A stretch of 63,413 nucleotides of DNA, counting the filler, from Pelomyxa schiedti (taxonomy: Eukaryota; Protista; Evosea), in NCBI GenBank assembly GCA_020536535.1. It is 6 parts of 6 records of this genome, joined end to end, with 100 filler letters (N's around TTAATTAATTAA, not from the genome) between each part and the next. Parts side by side here need not be neighbours in the genome. Positions count along the whole stretch, not along the records: positions 1 to 14,798 come from JAHLWZ010001165.1; positions 14,899 to 18,156 come from JAHLWZ010001784.1; positions 18,257 to 19,259 come from JAHLWZ010003028.1; positions 19,360 to 42,518 come from JAHLWZ010001059.1; 2 more parts are not named here. One strand, written 5' to 3'. Under the pieces are notes generated by a model. It was not told the DNA's origin, made no database searches, and saw only the letters and a list, made by a program, of their open reading frames with translations. The number at the start of each line of letters is the position of its first letter. The stretch's first letter is position 1. The position numbers and the translations under genes are program-made. Of this stretch, positions 11,864-22,600 are shown piece by piece.

Positions 11864-14037
11864 ATGGCCGCTCGCTCCTTTTTGCTGGACGTGACCCCAG
11901 TCCCTCCGCCGGATCTTATAAGTCTGCTCTGGTTCCCGTTCGCACCCTACGTAGCTAGTCATATCCCCGCGCCGATCCAATGGCGCCACTCTGGTGGCTG
12001 TTCATATGTAATGACTGTCCTTACCAAAGGGGTTCCTTGTTCCTTGTGACTGGGTTCAACTCACTCATGTCTTTCAACACCGCTCCGCTCCGACTTCGCC
12101 ACTCACTGCGGAACCTCCTGGCACATCAACTCATGTTTCAGCCGCAGTACCAGAGGAGCCTGAGAAGGCGGTAGTATCTTCAAATATCACCAGTGCATCA
12201 AGTGCAGCAGTCAGGAACAACTTCAGGTGACAATGCGGGATCACCAAAGATTGGACTATTTCTTAATGGACTTACTCAGAAACTTCACGTAGAGGGAGGA
12301 AATGGCTCTTTGGCACTTGCTGTTCACGGCCTCCATGAAAGTGCACGGGAAACATTTTGGAACATTTCGTGTGACTTTGATGTCCCGCGTTTCAAAGTGC
12401 CTATAGTCCTGGATGATCAGAGAAATCATCGGCATAGTGCTACCCCTATGCACACTAGAATCCAACAGTCAGCCCCCAACATTGGTTCCAGTCTGCCAAG
12501 CAGTTGCAATAGGCCCAACAGTATAGTGAGGAATTACAACGACGGGCCAATGAAATACAAAGAAAAGAGAGGGAAGTCATCAAACAACCTGAAGCATTAG
12601 GTTCTCGGCCAGTCCCTCTTTTTTTTTTTTGTATTCTGATTTTTCAAAAAGAAAATGTTCTAGGGTTTGATTCTGGCCTTGTTGGGTAAAACAATTGAAG
12701 TCACCACCAAATTAATAAGTATATCAGCCCTCTCCAGGTCCCAGAAGGCTATACAGTCAAATACACCAAAACAGGGCACCCATACCTGAAAATAATTATG
12801 TTGGCTCTTCGAAGAGTGTTTAGCTATACTTCATGCTAAAAAACCCGGAAAATACATTGGCAGTACAAGCTATCAAAGTTTCCGATGCTACTATGGGGGA
12901 AGCAGTGAAGAGCCGATAGAAGAAGATCAGATAAAACCACCTGGTGTATGTCAAGTGCAACACTTGGGGCATAGTACGTCTGTATGTGAATTTTTTTACT
13001 ACCTGAACTTCTGCAAGTTATGGAATTGGTGTACAGTTGCACTGCATTTGTAATTTGTATTATTAGGATGGTTTGGGAAGTACTTGGTACTTAACTTACC
13101 AAGTTTGAGTGCCACAAGACGTGGATCTCTTTTGAGTATGCTTTCTGTGATTATGTCTTGAAACTCATTCTACCAACAGGAACCATGCCTTACTAAAGTG
13201 GTACTTGTTTAAGGTAACTTCATTGGCCATAAATGTACTCAGTATCTTGTAGCTTATGAGTCTTGCTTCCGTCTATCTATGCCGCTGGCTTGCAGCTGTG
13301 AGCTATGCCGAACAATTTACATTCAACTTATGTTTACCTCCAGACCCAATTCTGAAGATCTGCAATTTGCTATGCTTCTCGCAATCGATTTGATTGTACT
13401 TTTCTATCTTAAGCGCCATTTCTAAATTCCGTGAAGGTATCCAACTTTATGGAAATCGTTCCGCCTATTGTATGGCCAATCATAAAGAAAATTTTCACTT
13501 GCTCCTGCTGCAAGAAAGATAAACATGTGAGAAAATCGAAGCGGGTAAATATTTTTTGGTGCGTCGTATTGCTGACTCCCTGTAGCCGGAATTTGAGGTG
13601 GCTGAGGAGTACCTTGAACTTTTGTACAGGCAGTTTGTAATTTAGCTTGGATTTCCCTTTGTACCAATGATTTCCGCAATGGGTTTAATCATCAACTTAT
13701 TCGAGTTTGTCACACCTGAAATGAAATAGCTAACTTAAGCCAAAGGTCGTTGGTGGATCAATTTCGGCTGGTCAAGATATGCACGTAACCTCCGGTTCTT
13801 CATGGTTCCATGAAAAAGTTAGTGTTTTTTCTTGACTGGTGCAAAAGCATGCTTCCAGTGCGTTTCCTCTTCCTTCAAGTTCGATTTTTCTTTATCCTTC
13901 TTCCACCCCTTCTTTTAACTTTGCTCCCAACTAGGAACGGTGGTTGTTGGATAATTGCCGGTTTCCACTACAGCAAGCGACGTCTGCCCTCCCTTCTGGG
14001 CCTGGATGCTGTAAAGATTTCACTCACCCTTCTTTGA
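11864..14037 (+). pseudogene. TMC (transmembrane channel-like) family gene, apparently decayed
   Basis: Spliced motifs LTKFECHKTW, ALLKWYLFK, PEFEVAEEYLELLYRQFVI*LGFPFVPMISAMGLIIN, DQFRLVKICT*PP, CPPF; in-frame stops TAA 13092-94, TAG 13643-45, TAA 13786-88 and apparent frameshifts; 5' boundary uncertain. Confidence 0.6.
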
Positions 14038-14156
14038 GATATCACAGCTGTAAATACACCACAACAGCAAACAAAAAAAACAAAAGTGACTGGAGGTCCT
14101 CTTACACCATGCCTACATGAATTGAGTAATGGTGCTTCTCATGCTCTTGTTTCAAC

Positions 14157-14798
14157 TCACTCCGCTTTTCGAATGCATTTTGGAACCTCACCGTAAGGTT
14201 GTCCTAAGTTGGTGCCAAATAACAGATGGTTCTTGAACACCACGCTCTCATCGCAAGATGCGCAATGCCTTGCCACAAAAAAAAACCGCCTACACATAAC
14301 AACAACAATCATCATATTTTTACTGGCTGTAACGACACCAATCAGTGTGTTGTTGTTGCGGTAAATGAAAGTGCCTGGGTGGGGAAGCAGATCATTGTGG
14401 GAGGCGATGATTACCGAGGAGTCGGAGCGGAATGCGTGTGTGCATATCAGATGTTGGGAATCACCAGGCAAGCAAACCCGGTTGATGTTTATTGGATTGG
14501 AATATTATCTCCGGATCTCAGGCAAATAGAGGTAAAGGCAAATCTCTGTGCGGTAGTATGTGAGTTTTAACAGACAGCAATCAAGTGCGTTGTGGTTTTT
14601 GTACTGATTCACAATGTAACAATATTTAGAAAAACAAATTTATATTTGCGTATCTACGTCAATCACGTTAAGTTTAGTGGAAATGCTGCTTATGGAAATA
14701 AACAAAATCATCAACTTAGAGAGGTGGTGTTTGTGAGAGAAAGCTGAGACAATACAGGTCCAGAAGTTGTTATTGTGGGACTTACGTTGATTGGCAGA
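14157..14798 (-). CDS. 3' part of an unidentified gene (5' end lost in the gap); weak trypsin-fold resemblance
   Basis: ORF 14157-14471 plus upstream fragments LDCCLLKL and NINRVCLPG. Confidence 0.3.
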
Positions 14799-14898
14799 NN
14801 NNNNNNNNNNNNNNNNNNNNNNNNNNNNNNNNNNNNNNNNNNTTAATTAATTAANNNNNNNNNNNNNNNNNNNNNNNNNNNNNNNNNNNNNNNNNNNN
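14799..14898. other. Assembly spacer: 44 N + TTAATTAATTAA + 44 N
   Basis: Seen directly; 12-mer at 14843-14854 gives stops in all six frames. Confidence 0.99.
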
Positions 14899-14904
14899 CC
14901 CCCT

Positions 14905-16068
14905 TTGGCTGTGCGTTCTCAGTTCCTCGCGTTGATGATGTCAGTGCACGAGCGTTGCGGTCAAGGAAGCCCCGCCCGCTACGTGTGCCGGGTCCCACCC
15001 ATCGCCAGGCACTTATGGGACTTGGCCTCCTCGCACCCGCTCACTTTCGTTCTCAGTCTCTCCGTGTACGACGCGCTTTCCATCCCCCGGGGTTCACGGG
15101 CCCTTCAGTTTGGCGTTTCGCCAGCGACGCTCGGAGTTGTTGGTGACGTCATAGACCGATTTGGCCCACGCCCGATGGTCGACGGTCGGCGCTGCTTTGC
15201 AAAATGTAACCGGGAAATCATCGACGTTGTGACGAACAAAGTTTGCAAAGTTTTTGGTGCACAGAAGGCAGACATTGGTGACTGTTCAATCAATAGCAAG
15301 TGGATCCTTGTTGGGGGCTGTGTGACAGGCAAGTGGGTGTTGGCACTGGAAAGGGTGGAGAACCTGGGGGAAAGCCTGCGATTGGATATACCTATTGATG
15401 CTGCTTCGTCGTTTCCGAATATGTCCTGGCTTGGATTCAACAGTTCCAACCCTGAGCAGGCTGTGGCTGTGAGAGCACTTAAGCGTGGGTATGATGGTGT
15501 CACCTTCTTGATTCAAGTGATCAGTCTCCAACCCACACTGGAAACGAGGCAAGCATCAGTGGTGAGCACAACGAAGCTCAATATTGACAGGTACAACACA
15601 TCCCCCTTCTTATCTTCGGTTCTTTGCATGAGGAGGCAAAATGGAACCGCTGTGTTCATTCTGACACTTCGCATTGACTGGGGTGATGAGGTCCACATTG
15701 TTGACGAATTCGCGGGTCACTCAACTTGCCTGTCACAGGCCGATTTGCCATCCCTGTCACAGCAAGACAACAGTATCTTCTTGATCTGTTCCTCGTCACC
15801 TCCACCATCCTTTCATGCTGAATTCTGGGACTGCAACAACACCACCAAACCACTCAGAGTGATCGAGCAAAATGGTGTCTCCCAATGGTTTGCTGAATCT
15901 GGCTTCTTTTTCAAGGTCAATGACTTGCCTACACCTGAAAGTGGGAAGAGGCAGAAGTGCATTTTGGTTGAGGAAGCAGCTTCTGGCAAACGTGTTCTTT
16001 CATTCCAGTTTCCAGCAGATGCCGACTTCACAATGACCAGGCTCTTTTCATTTCCCGGCCATCACTGA
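14905..16068 (+). CDS. Intronless lineage-expanded family protein (5' end in the gap)
   Basis: 387-aa ORF; AVRSQFLALMMSVHERCGQGSPAR and EFWDCNNTTKPLRVI..ESGFFF..VEEAASG match ORF 3322-4941. Confidence 0.75.
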   Translation: MAVRSQFLALMMSVHERCGQGSPARYVCRVPPIARHLWDLASSHPLTFVLSLSVYDALSIPRGSRALQFGVSPATLGVVGDVIDRFGPRPMVDGRRCFAKCNREIIDVVTNKVCKVFGAQKADIGDCSINSKWILVGGCVTGKWVLALERVENLGESLRLDIPIDAASSFPNMSWLGFNSSNPEQAVAVRALKRGYDGVTFLIQVISLQPTLETRQASVVSTTKLNIDRYNTSPFLSSVLCMRRQNGTAVFILTLRIDWGDEVHIVDEFAGHSTCLSQADLPSLSQQDNSIFLICSSSPPPSFHAEFWDCNNTTKPLRVIEQNGVSQWFAESGFFFKVNDLPTPESGKRQKCILVEEAASGKRVLSFQFPADADFTMTRLFSFPGHH

Positions 16069-16379
16069 TACTCACAGCCAACATTGGAAGAATAAAAAAA
16101 ACCCAACTCACACTTTTAATTTTTTGGGTCTTTGGATCTTGCAATGTGAACACACACAGAAGAGAACCAGGACCTTTTCTGCCCCGTTGATGCCAAAAAG
16201 TGGAGTCCCACATAATGTAAATCGAAGAGACTTGGCTGAATAAAATAATCAACGGACCGGAACGCTGTCATTTTCCTTATCGTCACTCAGGATCGGCGGT
16301 CTGGTGTTTTTTTTATTCAGCCACTTGTTCCAGTGATGGCGCACCACATTTCCGAGTATTCGATATCGGATCAGAAACG

Positions 16380-18156
16380 ATGCAGGCGTTGTTTTTGTTG
16401 TTTGTGGCTCTGGCGGTGAGTGAGTTGCCGGGGCAGTGGCACAGTATTGGCGTCGCCGGGGCTGTTGTTGTGGTTGGGGGTGCGCCGGTTGGAGTGGACG
16501 TGGAGTACCAGCTCGGCGACAGCGAGTACCCGGACACGCCGGCGAATGACACGGTTGGGGAGTCCATTGTGCGCATTATGGGTCTGAGGTTGGTGGCCAC
16601 CAAAAAAAAAAAAACCCCTGGGTGGGTTGTAAATTCTGCTTACATCTGGTGAACACACACAAAATGTCGCAGGGAATCCGCTGGAATGTCAGCCGGTGTT
16701 TTGTTGGTGAACGATAGCAAACCGGCTTTTGTGTGGGAAGGTGCTTATGGGTGGCAGAACCTGTCTACTTTGGAGCCGTAGTGGTGCAATTGGTCCCATG
16801 TTTGTTCTTACGGTACGCAAGGTACACAGCAGATACAGTCATTCGTGTGGCCTCCATTAGCAAGCAGATAAGTGCCATTGCATTGCTACAGCAGATGGAA
16901 CTCGGAAGGTGTCAGGTGCCTAGCCCCCTTTCATTTGTTATTGGCACTCTTTTTTATTTTTTTCGTCAGTTGGATGATGATGTTAGTACACACCTGAATT
17001 TTGTTCTCCGGAATCCATATTTCCCTGATGTACCTATCACTTTGCGCCAGGTTTCTTCCATTTCAGCTGTCCTAGATTCTTATTTACAGCTAGCTTATGG
17101 ACCATACTTCTTCAATTAATGATTACTACGTTGGTAGACCTCACGAGTGTTCAGCTTAACAAAACAAGCAAACAAACAAACAAACTGACAGATTTTGCCA
17201 TGGCTTGCTACACTGCTATTGGCCCGTACTTGTCTATACAAGACCTTCTGCTGCCAGGGGGAGCTTATTACGATGAAGAAGCTCTTTGGAACTCCAAGTA
17301 AGACCGTTCTCTTTTCATTCTTCTAATACAATCAAAGACATTACCCAGGAGATCCAGATGGATATGTCTACAGCAATACAAACCCAATGGTCATTGCCAC
17401 TGTAGTAGAAGTATCTATTTCCCTCCGTCAATTCTCCTTACTTTAGCGCAGGTTCTTTCCGGGGAACGGTTTGATCAATACTGCACAAAACATATATTTT
17501 CTCCACTGGAAATGTATCACACAAGCCTCAACATAATGGATTTTCCAGCGGAAGAAGCCGACACAGACTTTGCTTCCATCTACTACTATCTCTACCCAGA
17601 GGAAGGTAACCTACATTAAGGAGTTCTTAGACCAATTTTTCCCACCAGATAAGCCTGGCTTCTATGTTGCCAATTGTGGATTGAATGACCGACTAACCTA
17701 TGATAATGAGACAATATACCCGATCCCCTATGATGATTATATCATAGGCACAAACGGTATTCATAATATGCATACTTCAAAATTGGCATTCATTTACATT
17801 TATTTAATAGGGGGACTATTTGGACCACAGGGTGGAATGCGCACATCTCTACATGACTTCATGCAGCTGATGCTTCTCCACATAAATAGAGGTTACATTA
17901 TTGACTCCAATGGGGAGGAGAACGAGGTACTCACGCAATCCTCAATGGACATCATGCACTCTCCGCAATGGAGCGGCTACATAGACGGCGAATATCAAAT
18001 GTATCTCCTATCTGTCAACTGTAAAATAACAAAAAGTACAGGTACGGCCTATACCAAGAAATAACCAACAGTTTGGCACCCGATGGTACCACCCTTGTTG
18101 GCCACACAGGCGGCGCTTATGGGTATGCATCGTCATTTATTTAATAATAATTAATA
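16380..18156 (+). CDS. Secreted serine beta-lactamase/penicillin-binding-protein-like hydrolase (multi-exon, 3' end in the gap)
   Basis: Signal peptide MQALFLLFVALAVS; SxxK (SISK 16853-64) in RVASISK; LDDDV..PITLRQ; YSN 17369-77; GPQGGMRTS; GHTG 18100-11. Confidence 0.85.
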
Positions 18157-18256
18157 NNNNNNNNNNNNNNNNNNNNNNNNNNNNNNNNNNNNNNNNNNNN
18201 TTAATTAATTAANNNNNNNNNNNNNNNNNNNNNNNNNNNNNNNNNNNNNNNNNNNN
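18157..18256. other. Assembly spacer
   Basis: 44 N + TTAATTAATTAA (18201-12) + 44 N. Confidence 0.99.
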
Positions 18257-18386
18257 GCTCCTGTTGGTACATCGTCATGTCTTCCCATGGTGCCACAAGT
18301 ATTAATTTTTGATCACTGCCATCATCCTCCACATCTTCATCCATGCCCTCTTCCAGGTCAGTGTACCCACACTCCTCGTCACCCAT
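18257..18386 (-). CDS. Possible acidic N-terminus of a gene truncated by the gap
   Basis: MGDEECGYTDLEEGMDEDVEDDGSDQ.. runs into N. Confidence 0.3.
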
Positions 18387-18755
18387 GTCCTTTTAGTGTT
18401 TGTTTACTTGATGGATAGTAACTTTCCTTTTATCCCCCACACCACGTAGCTTTTAGCTGTGCAGTGCACAGCCTGCCTAAAAGAGACAAGGATACATCTA
18501 ACCGACACCGATCCATCACGATTCCTCGCGGTTCACCGCGGTTAATACGGAGTTCATCGCGATGCACCGCGATTAAATCAGCTTCCGCGATGGAACTCGA
18601 TTGTCCCCGGTGATTTAGGATTTGAGCTAAAGGGTTAACCCATTAATGAGGTCAGGAGGACGAGAACCTCTTGAGGGGGGATTCTGCAAGTTTGTTGTGG
18701 GTTGATGTTGTGTGGCTTGCGATCACAACAACACCATAAGAAAAAGTAATAAAAA

Positions 18756-19259
18756 ATGGCAACATGCCCCTCCGACATCCACTTCCTCCGCCGGCAGGCC
18801 GACGCAGGCAACACCCAAGCAATGAGTGATCTGGCTCGGCGTTACCTCTTCGGACAGCGTGGGGGGTTCCCGAACCTCGACGAGGCCCTGCGCTGGTACA
18901 CCACTGCACGTGATGGCCCTGGCCTGTTCCTGGTTGGACAAAAATACTACAGGTACACCCGTTTTGGTCCCAACCGCGACGTCGACAAGGCGGTGTCGGC
19001 GTGGTCCATGGCCGCCGACTTGGGCAACCGTGGCGCGATGGTTATGCTCGGGTGGTGCTATCAGCACGGCGTGGGTGTGGAGTGCGACAAGCCGAGGGCT
19101 GCGTCGATCTACGCTTCGATCACCAAGCCCAGGGAGTGCACATGGCGGGTTGGTGTGTGTTATTTGCGTGGCGAGGGCGTGGAGAGGGACTGGGCAAAGG
19201 CTGTGGCGATCTTCCAAGAGATCAGTGAGGCCAGAGTTGCACAGGCGTACCTTGGGTGG
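18756..19259 (+). CDS. Sel1-like repeat protein (3' truncated)
   Basis: ADAGNTQAMSDLARRY, AADLGNRGAMVMLGWCYQHGVGVECDKPRA, VGVCYLRGEGVERDWAKAV, AQAYLGW. Confidence 0.9.
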
Positions 19260-19359
19260 NNNNNNNNNNNNNNNNNNNNNNNNNNNNNNNNNNNNNNNNN
19301 NNNTTAATTAATTAANNNNNNNNNNNNNNNNNNNNNNNNNNNNNNNNNNNNNNNNNNNN
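19260..19359. other. Assembly spacer
   Basis: 44 N + TTAATTAATTAA (19304-15) + 44 N. Confidence 0.99.
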
Positions 19360-19543
19360 GACTGACGCCACTCAGGGGAATTGCGTGTGCAGCTCTGCTC
19401 CGCTTTTCCTCATCAGGTTTTCGCCTTTTCATTGTTCCCCCCCTCGGCGCCCCCCCGCGGCCCATCGCCGATCCCCCTCGCGGCCCCGCGGCGCCCCCGC
19501 GGAATGGTTGTGGCTGGCCCCGTCCCTGTGCAGCCTGCATCAT
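19360..19543 (-). CDS. RG-rich N-terminus of a gene truncated by the gap, divergent from the UBR gene
   Basis: MMQAAQGRGQPQPFRGGAAGPRGGSAMGRGGAPRGGTMKRRK.. Confidence 0.35.
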
Positions 19544-19651
19544 CGTCGGTGTTTGGTGCGTGGCGAATGTTATCGAAAGCGTAATTTATCTGTTGAAGCC
19601 GGAAGGAGGAAAAAATAAAAGTTAGCCCGGCAACTGCGGGAATTAGGTTAA

Positions 19652-22600
19652 ATGGACGAAGGTGGTGTTGGTGGCGGTAATGGTGACGATATTTCGGCAC
19701 TAGGCGCCGCGGTTGTTGGACCTACGAATGTCGTTGCCTCTTCCTCTTGTGCCACGGAAAACGAAGATCTGCTGATCAGACTACTTTCGGAGGCGAGCGT
19801 AGCGGAAGCGATGCGGGCAATCAAGGAGAATGCGGGCGGGAATGACGGAATTGTGGGAGATTTGTTGGGCAAGTACCTTGACTTGATGTTCGAGCGGTGC
19901 GAATCTAGCACCCCTGACAACAAGGTTCGTTCCTGGAATCCTTGTTTTTCCATTTTTCTCTATGATCCCTTTGCTTTTTTTTTTTTTTCTTTATGAACAT
20001 ATCTCATTGTTGTGCAGCTGACATCTTTCGACGTGCTCACGTGGGGGCTGGGGATGCAGGAGCCCTCTGCTACTCTTTCTGTTGGTTATTCTTTTTTTTC
20101 GCTGTTTACTATTTATCTGATGAAACCAGCATTTTCTTTTCACGTTACTTCCTGTTATAGGAAATAGCAAAGAATGCTCCTCCACCAAGTGTTTGTGGTG
20201 TTGTTTGGAAGCAAGGGTCAACTGCCTACAAATGCCGTGACTGCGAAAGTGACCCTACTTGTGCAATTTGTGTGCAATGCTTTGCTGACGGTAATTACCA
20301 GTCTTCTTTGTTCAACGAAAGAAATCTCTAAACAAATAAGGGAATCACGCTGGACATGACTACTTTATGATTACAACTGCTGGTGGGTGTTGTGACTGTG
20401 GTGACCGCTCTGCTTGGAAAGAAACTGGCTTTTGCAGGCGGCACCGGGGTCCAGTGAGTGATCCCTCCTCACTTCTGCCGCCGCATATCAGATTTACAGC
20501 CTCTGTATCAATGCGCTCTGCAATGAAGTACATTGTATCTCTTATCAAGAGAAGAGAAAATGGGAGGATACAAATTTTCTTTGAGAAGTTGCTGCAGTTG
20601 TGCAAGCAAGCGGGTGAGGGGATGAGTGCTATTGTAGCATTGGAACTATGCCCCACATTAGAAACTGAGCTCCCTGCATCCACAGAATCTAGGCTAGCCC
20701 CACCAACTACAACTGTGGCGCCACCAGCTGAAGAAAGTGATGTGTGTGCATACGTTTCGAAACTAAGCTCAATGGCCGAAACGGCACTTTCCATGGCACC
20801 ACACACAGCAACAGTATCTCCGATATCTGCTGTACTTCTCAGTGCAGGTGAAATGTCAATTCCAACCCGTGCTGCTATGCATGCACTGTTATTTCATCTG
20901 TTGGGCGATCAGCACTTCAAAAATGAATTCGCCAGAGCTCTCATTCTTAATTATCCAGCTCTCCTCTTGAAATCAATTCAAAAACCAAAATACGATAATG
21001 AGGACATCCTTTCCTTCAGTGTGCAAGTTTTCTCTGTGAAAAGCCTCACATCTGACCTCGTTCTTTCAACCCGCTTGCTTGAGGTACTCAGTGGAAGTGC
21101 TTTGCAATGTTTTAGCACAGCCGTCACTCAGATCCCCAAAGAGAAACGTGTAGAATCTTCACTTCTTCCTGCCTTCCAATTTTCATTGTCAAGCAATCTG
21201 GTTGCACGTAAGCACTACTGGCGCATTTTCCACGATCTTCGATATGTTTTACAGTCGGTTGAGTGCTCCAAAATGCTTTTATTTGAGAATGCTATCGCCT
21301 TAAATGCCTTTATTGGAATGCTTAGTGTAATGGAGGCTATGAACCCTCAATTACGGGCACTTGTGTACCATGTTAACTACCAAAACACTAACTGGAACTC
21401 GACTTTCAATATGGTTGGACAAATTTCTTTCTGCACAAACTAAAACATTTTCCAGGAGTGTGATTTCATGCCAACAATGGGACTTCTTGTTCAAGGGTTC
21501 CAAAGAGGAACGCGCCAAGACCTAGCTTCAATGTGTCTCTCTCAGTTTGGGAGACAACTGAACGATTGGCTCTCCTTTTTACCTGTTTGTCCCCTTTTTG
21601 GAGGGTATGAAATGGTCAAATTCGACCCCCTCTGTGACTACTTGAGTTTACACATACCATTGCATCGGATTTTTACTCGCTTAACAAGGTACACCAGTAA
21701 TAATCTTAGCACAATCTTATGCTTATCCAGGGAGGCAATAAGTTGCTTCAACTTCTCTATTGAAGGTATAAGTGTTTTGATATAATCTACTTTTGATAAC
21801 ATGGTAAAACCAAATCAAGACTTGCACACTCTGTTACCACAGGAGTTCTTACTTCGTTACATAAAGCACCCCCTGCAAATTCAAGCATCCTTATCTCAGG
21901 TCCAATAATAATAAAAAAAAAAGCCAAAAATCGGTCTACATAGTTCTTACCAACAAATCCAATTTCTGTAGATTGCTGCAAATATGTGGGTTAGGAATGG
22001 TGGCAGTCTTTCCCAGCAGGCAGAACTTTACCACAGCTCGACATATCTCTCTGACTACTGTTATGACACTGACATTTTTGCACTCCAATTATGTGCTGTT
22101 TTGCTTGAGCCAACACACTTCCTTGCCATTTGTTTGCATCACTTTTGGATATGCTCTGAGCCACTCTGGCAGACCAAACTCACCCCGGAGTCCAGTGCAC
22201 TCTCTGTGGCATACAGTGTTGTGAAAAAAGCCACTGCAGAAACCAATGTGGAGCCTGGCCCAGCAAGAGCCGTCGTTGTATCGGGACTCAGAGGGGAGAA
22301 TCTCCAACATGGACTTCCTGACCCGAAGTCTTTTACTGAATTGTTGGCAGGATTCCTTTCCCTTTGTGTCATTATTGCCACCGATCGGACTCTGGCAGGT
22401 AACTCCACAGTCGAGACATTGTTGCATACCCAAATTGTGAATTTTCTGGTGGTGGAGAATCTCACACACAGCAAGCTGTTGCGCTTGCTACCTCAACCCT
22501 TGGCCAAGCATCCAAGTTTGGACAGTGTTCTAAAAACAGTCGCCACGTTTATTGAACCTTCTGGAATGGAGCCAGGGAGGTATCAACTAAAACCGGAGTA

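Noticed and set aside
13092-13788. Alternative genetic code (TAA/TAG reassigned) suggested by in-frame stops in the TMC-like gene
   Set aside because: ARF1, KPTN and the VIT gene end at TAA, others at TAG or TGA exactly at the expected C-termini, and long ORFs lack internal stops
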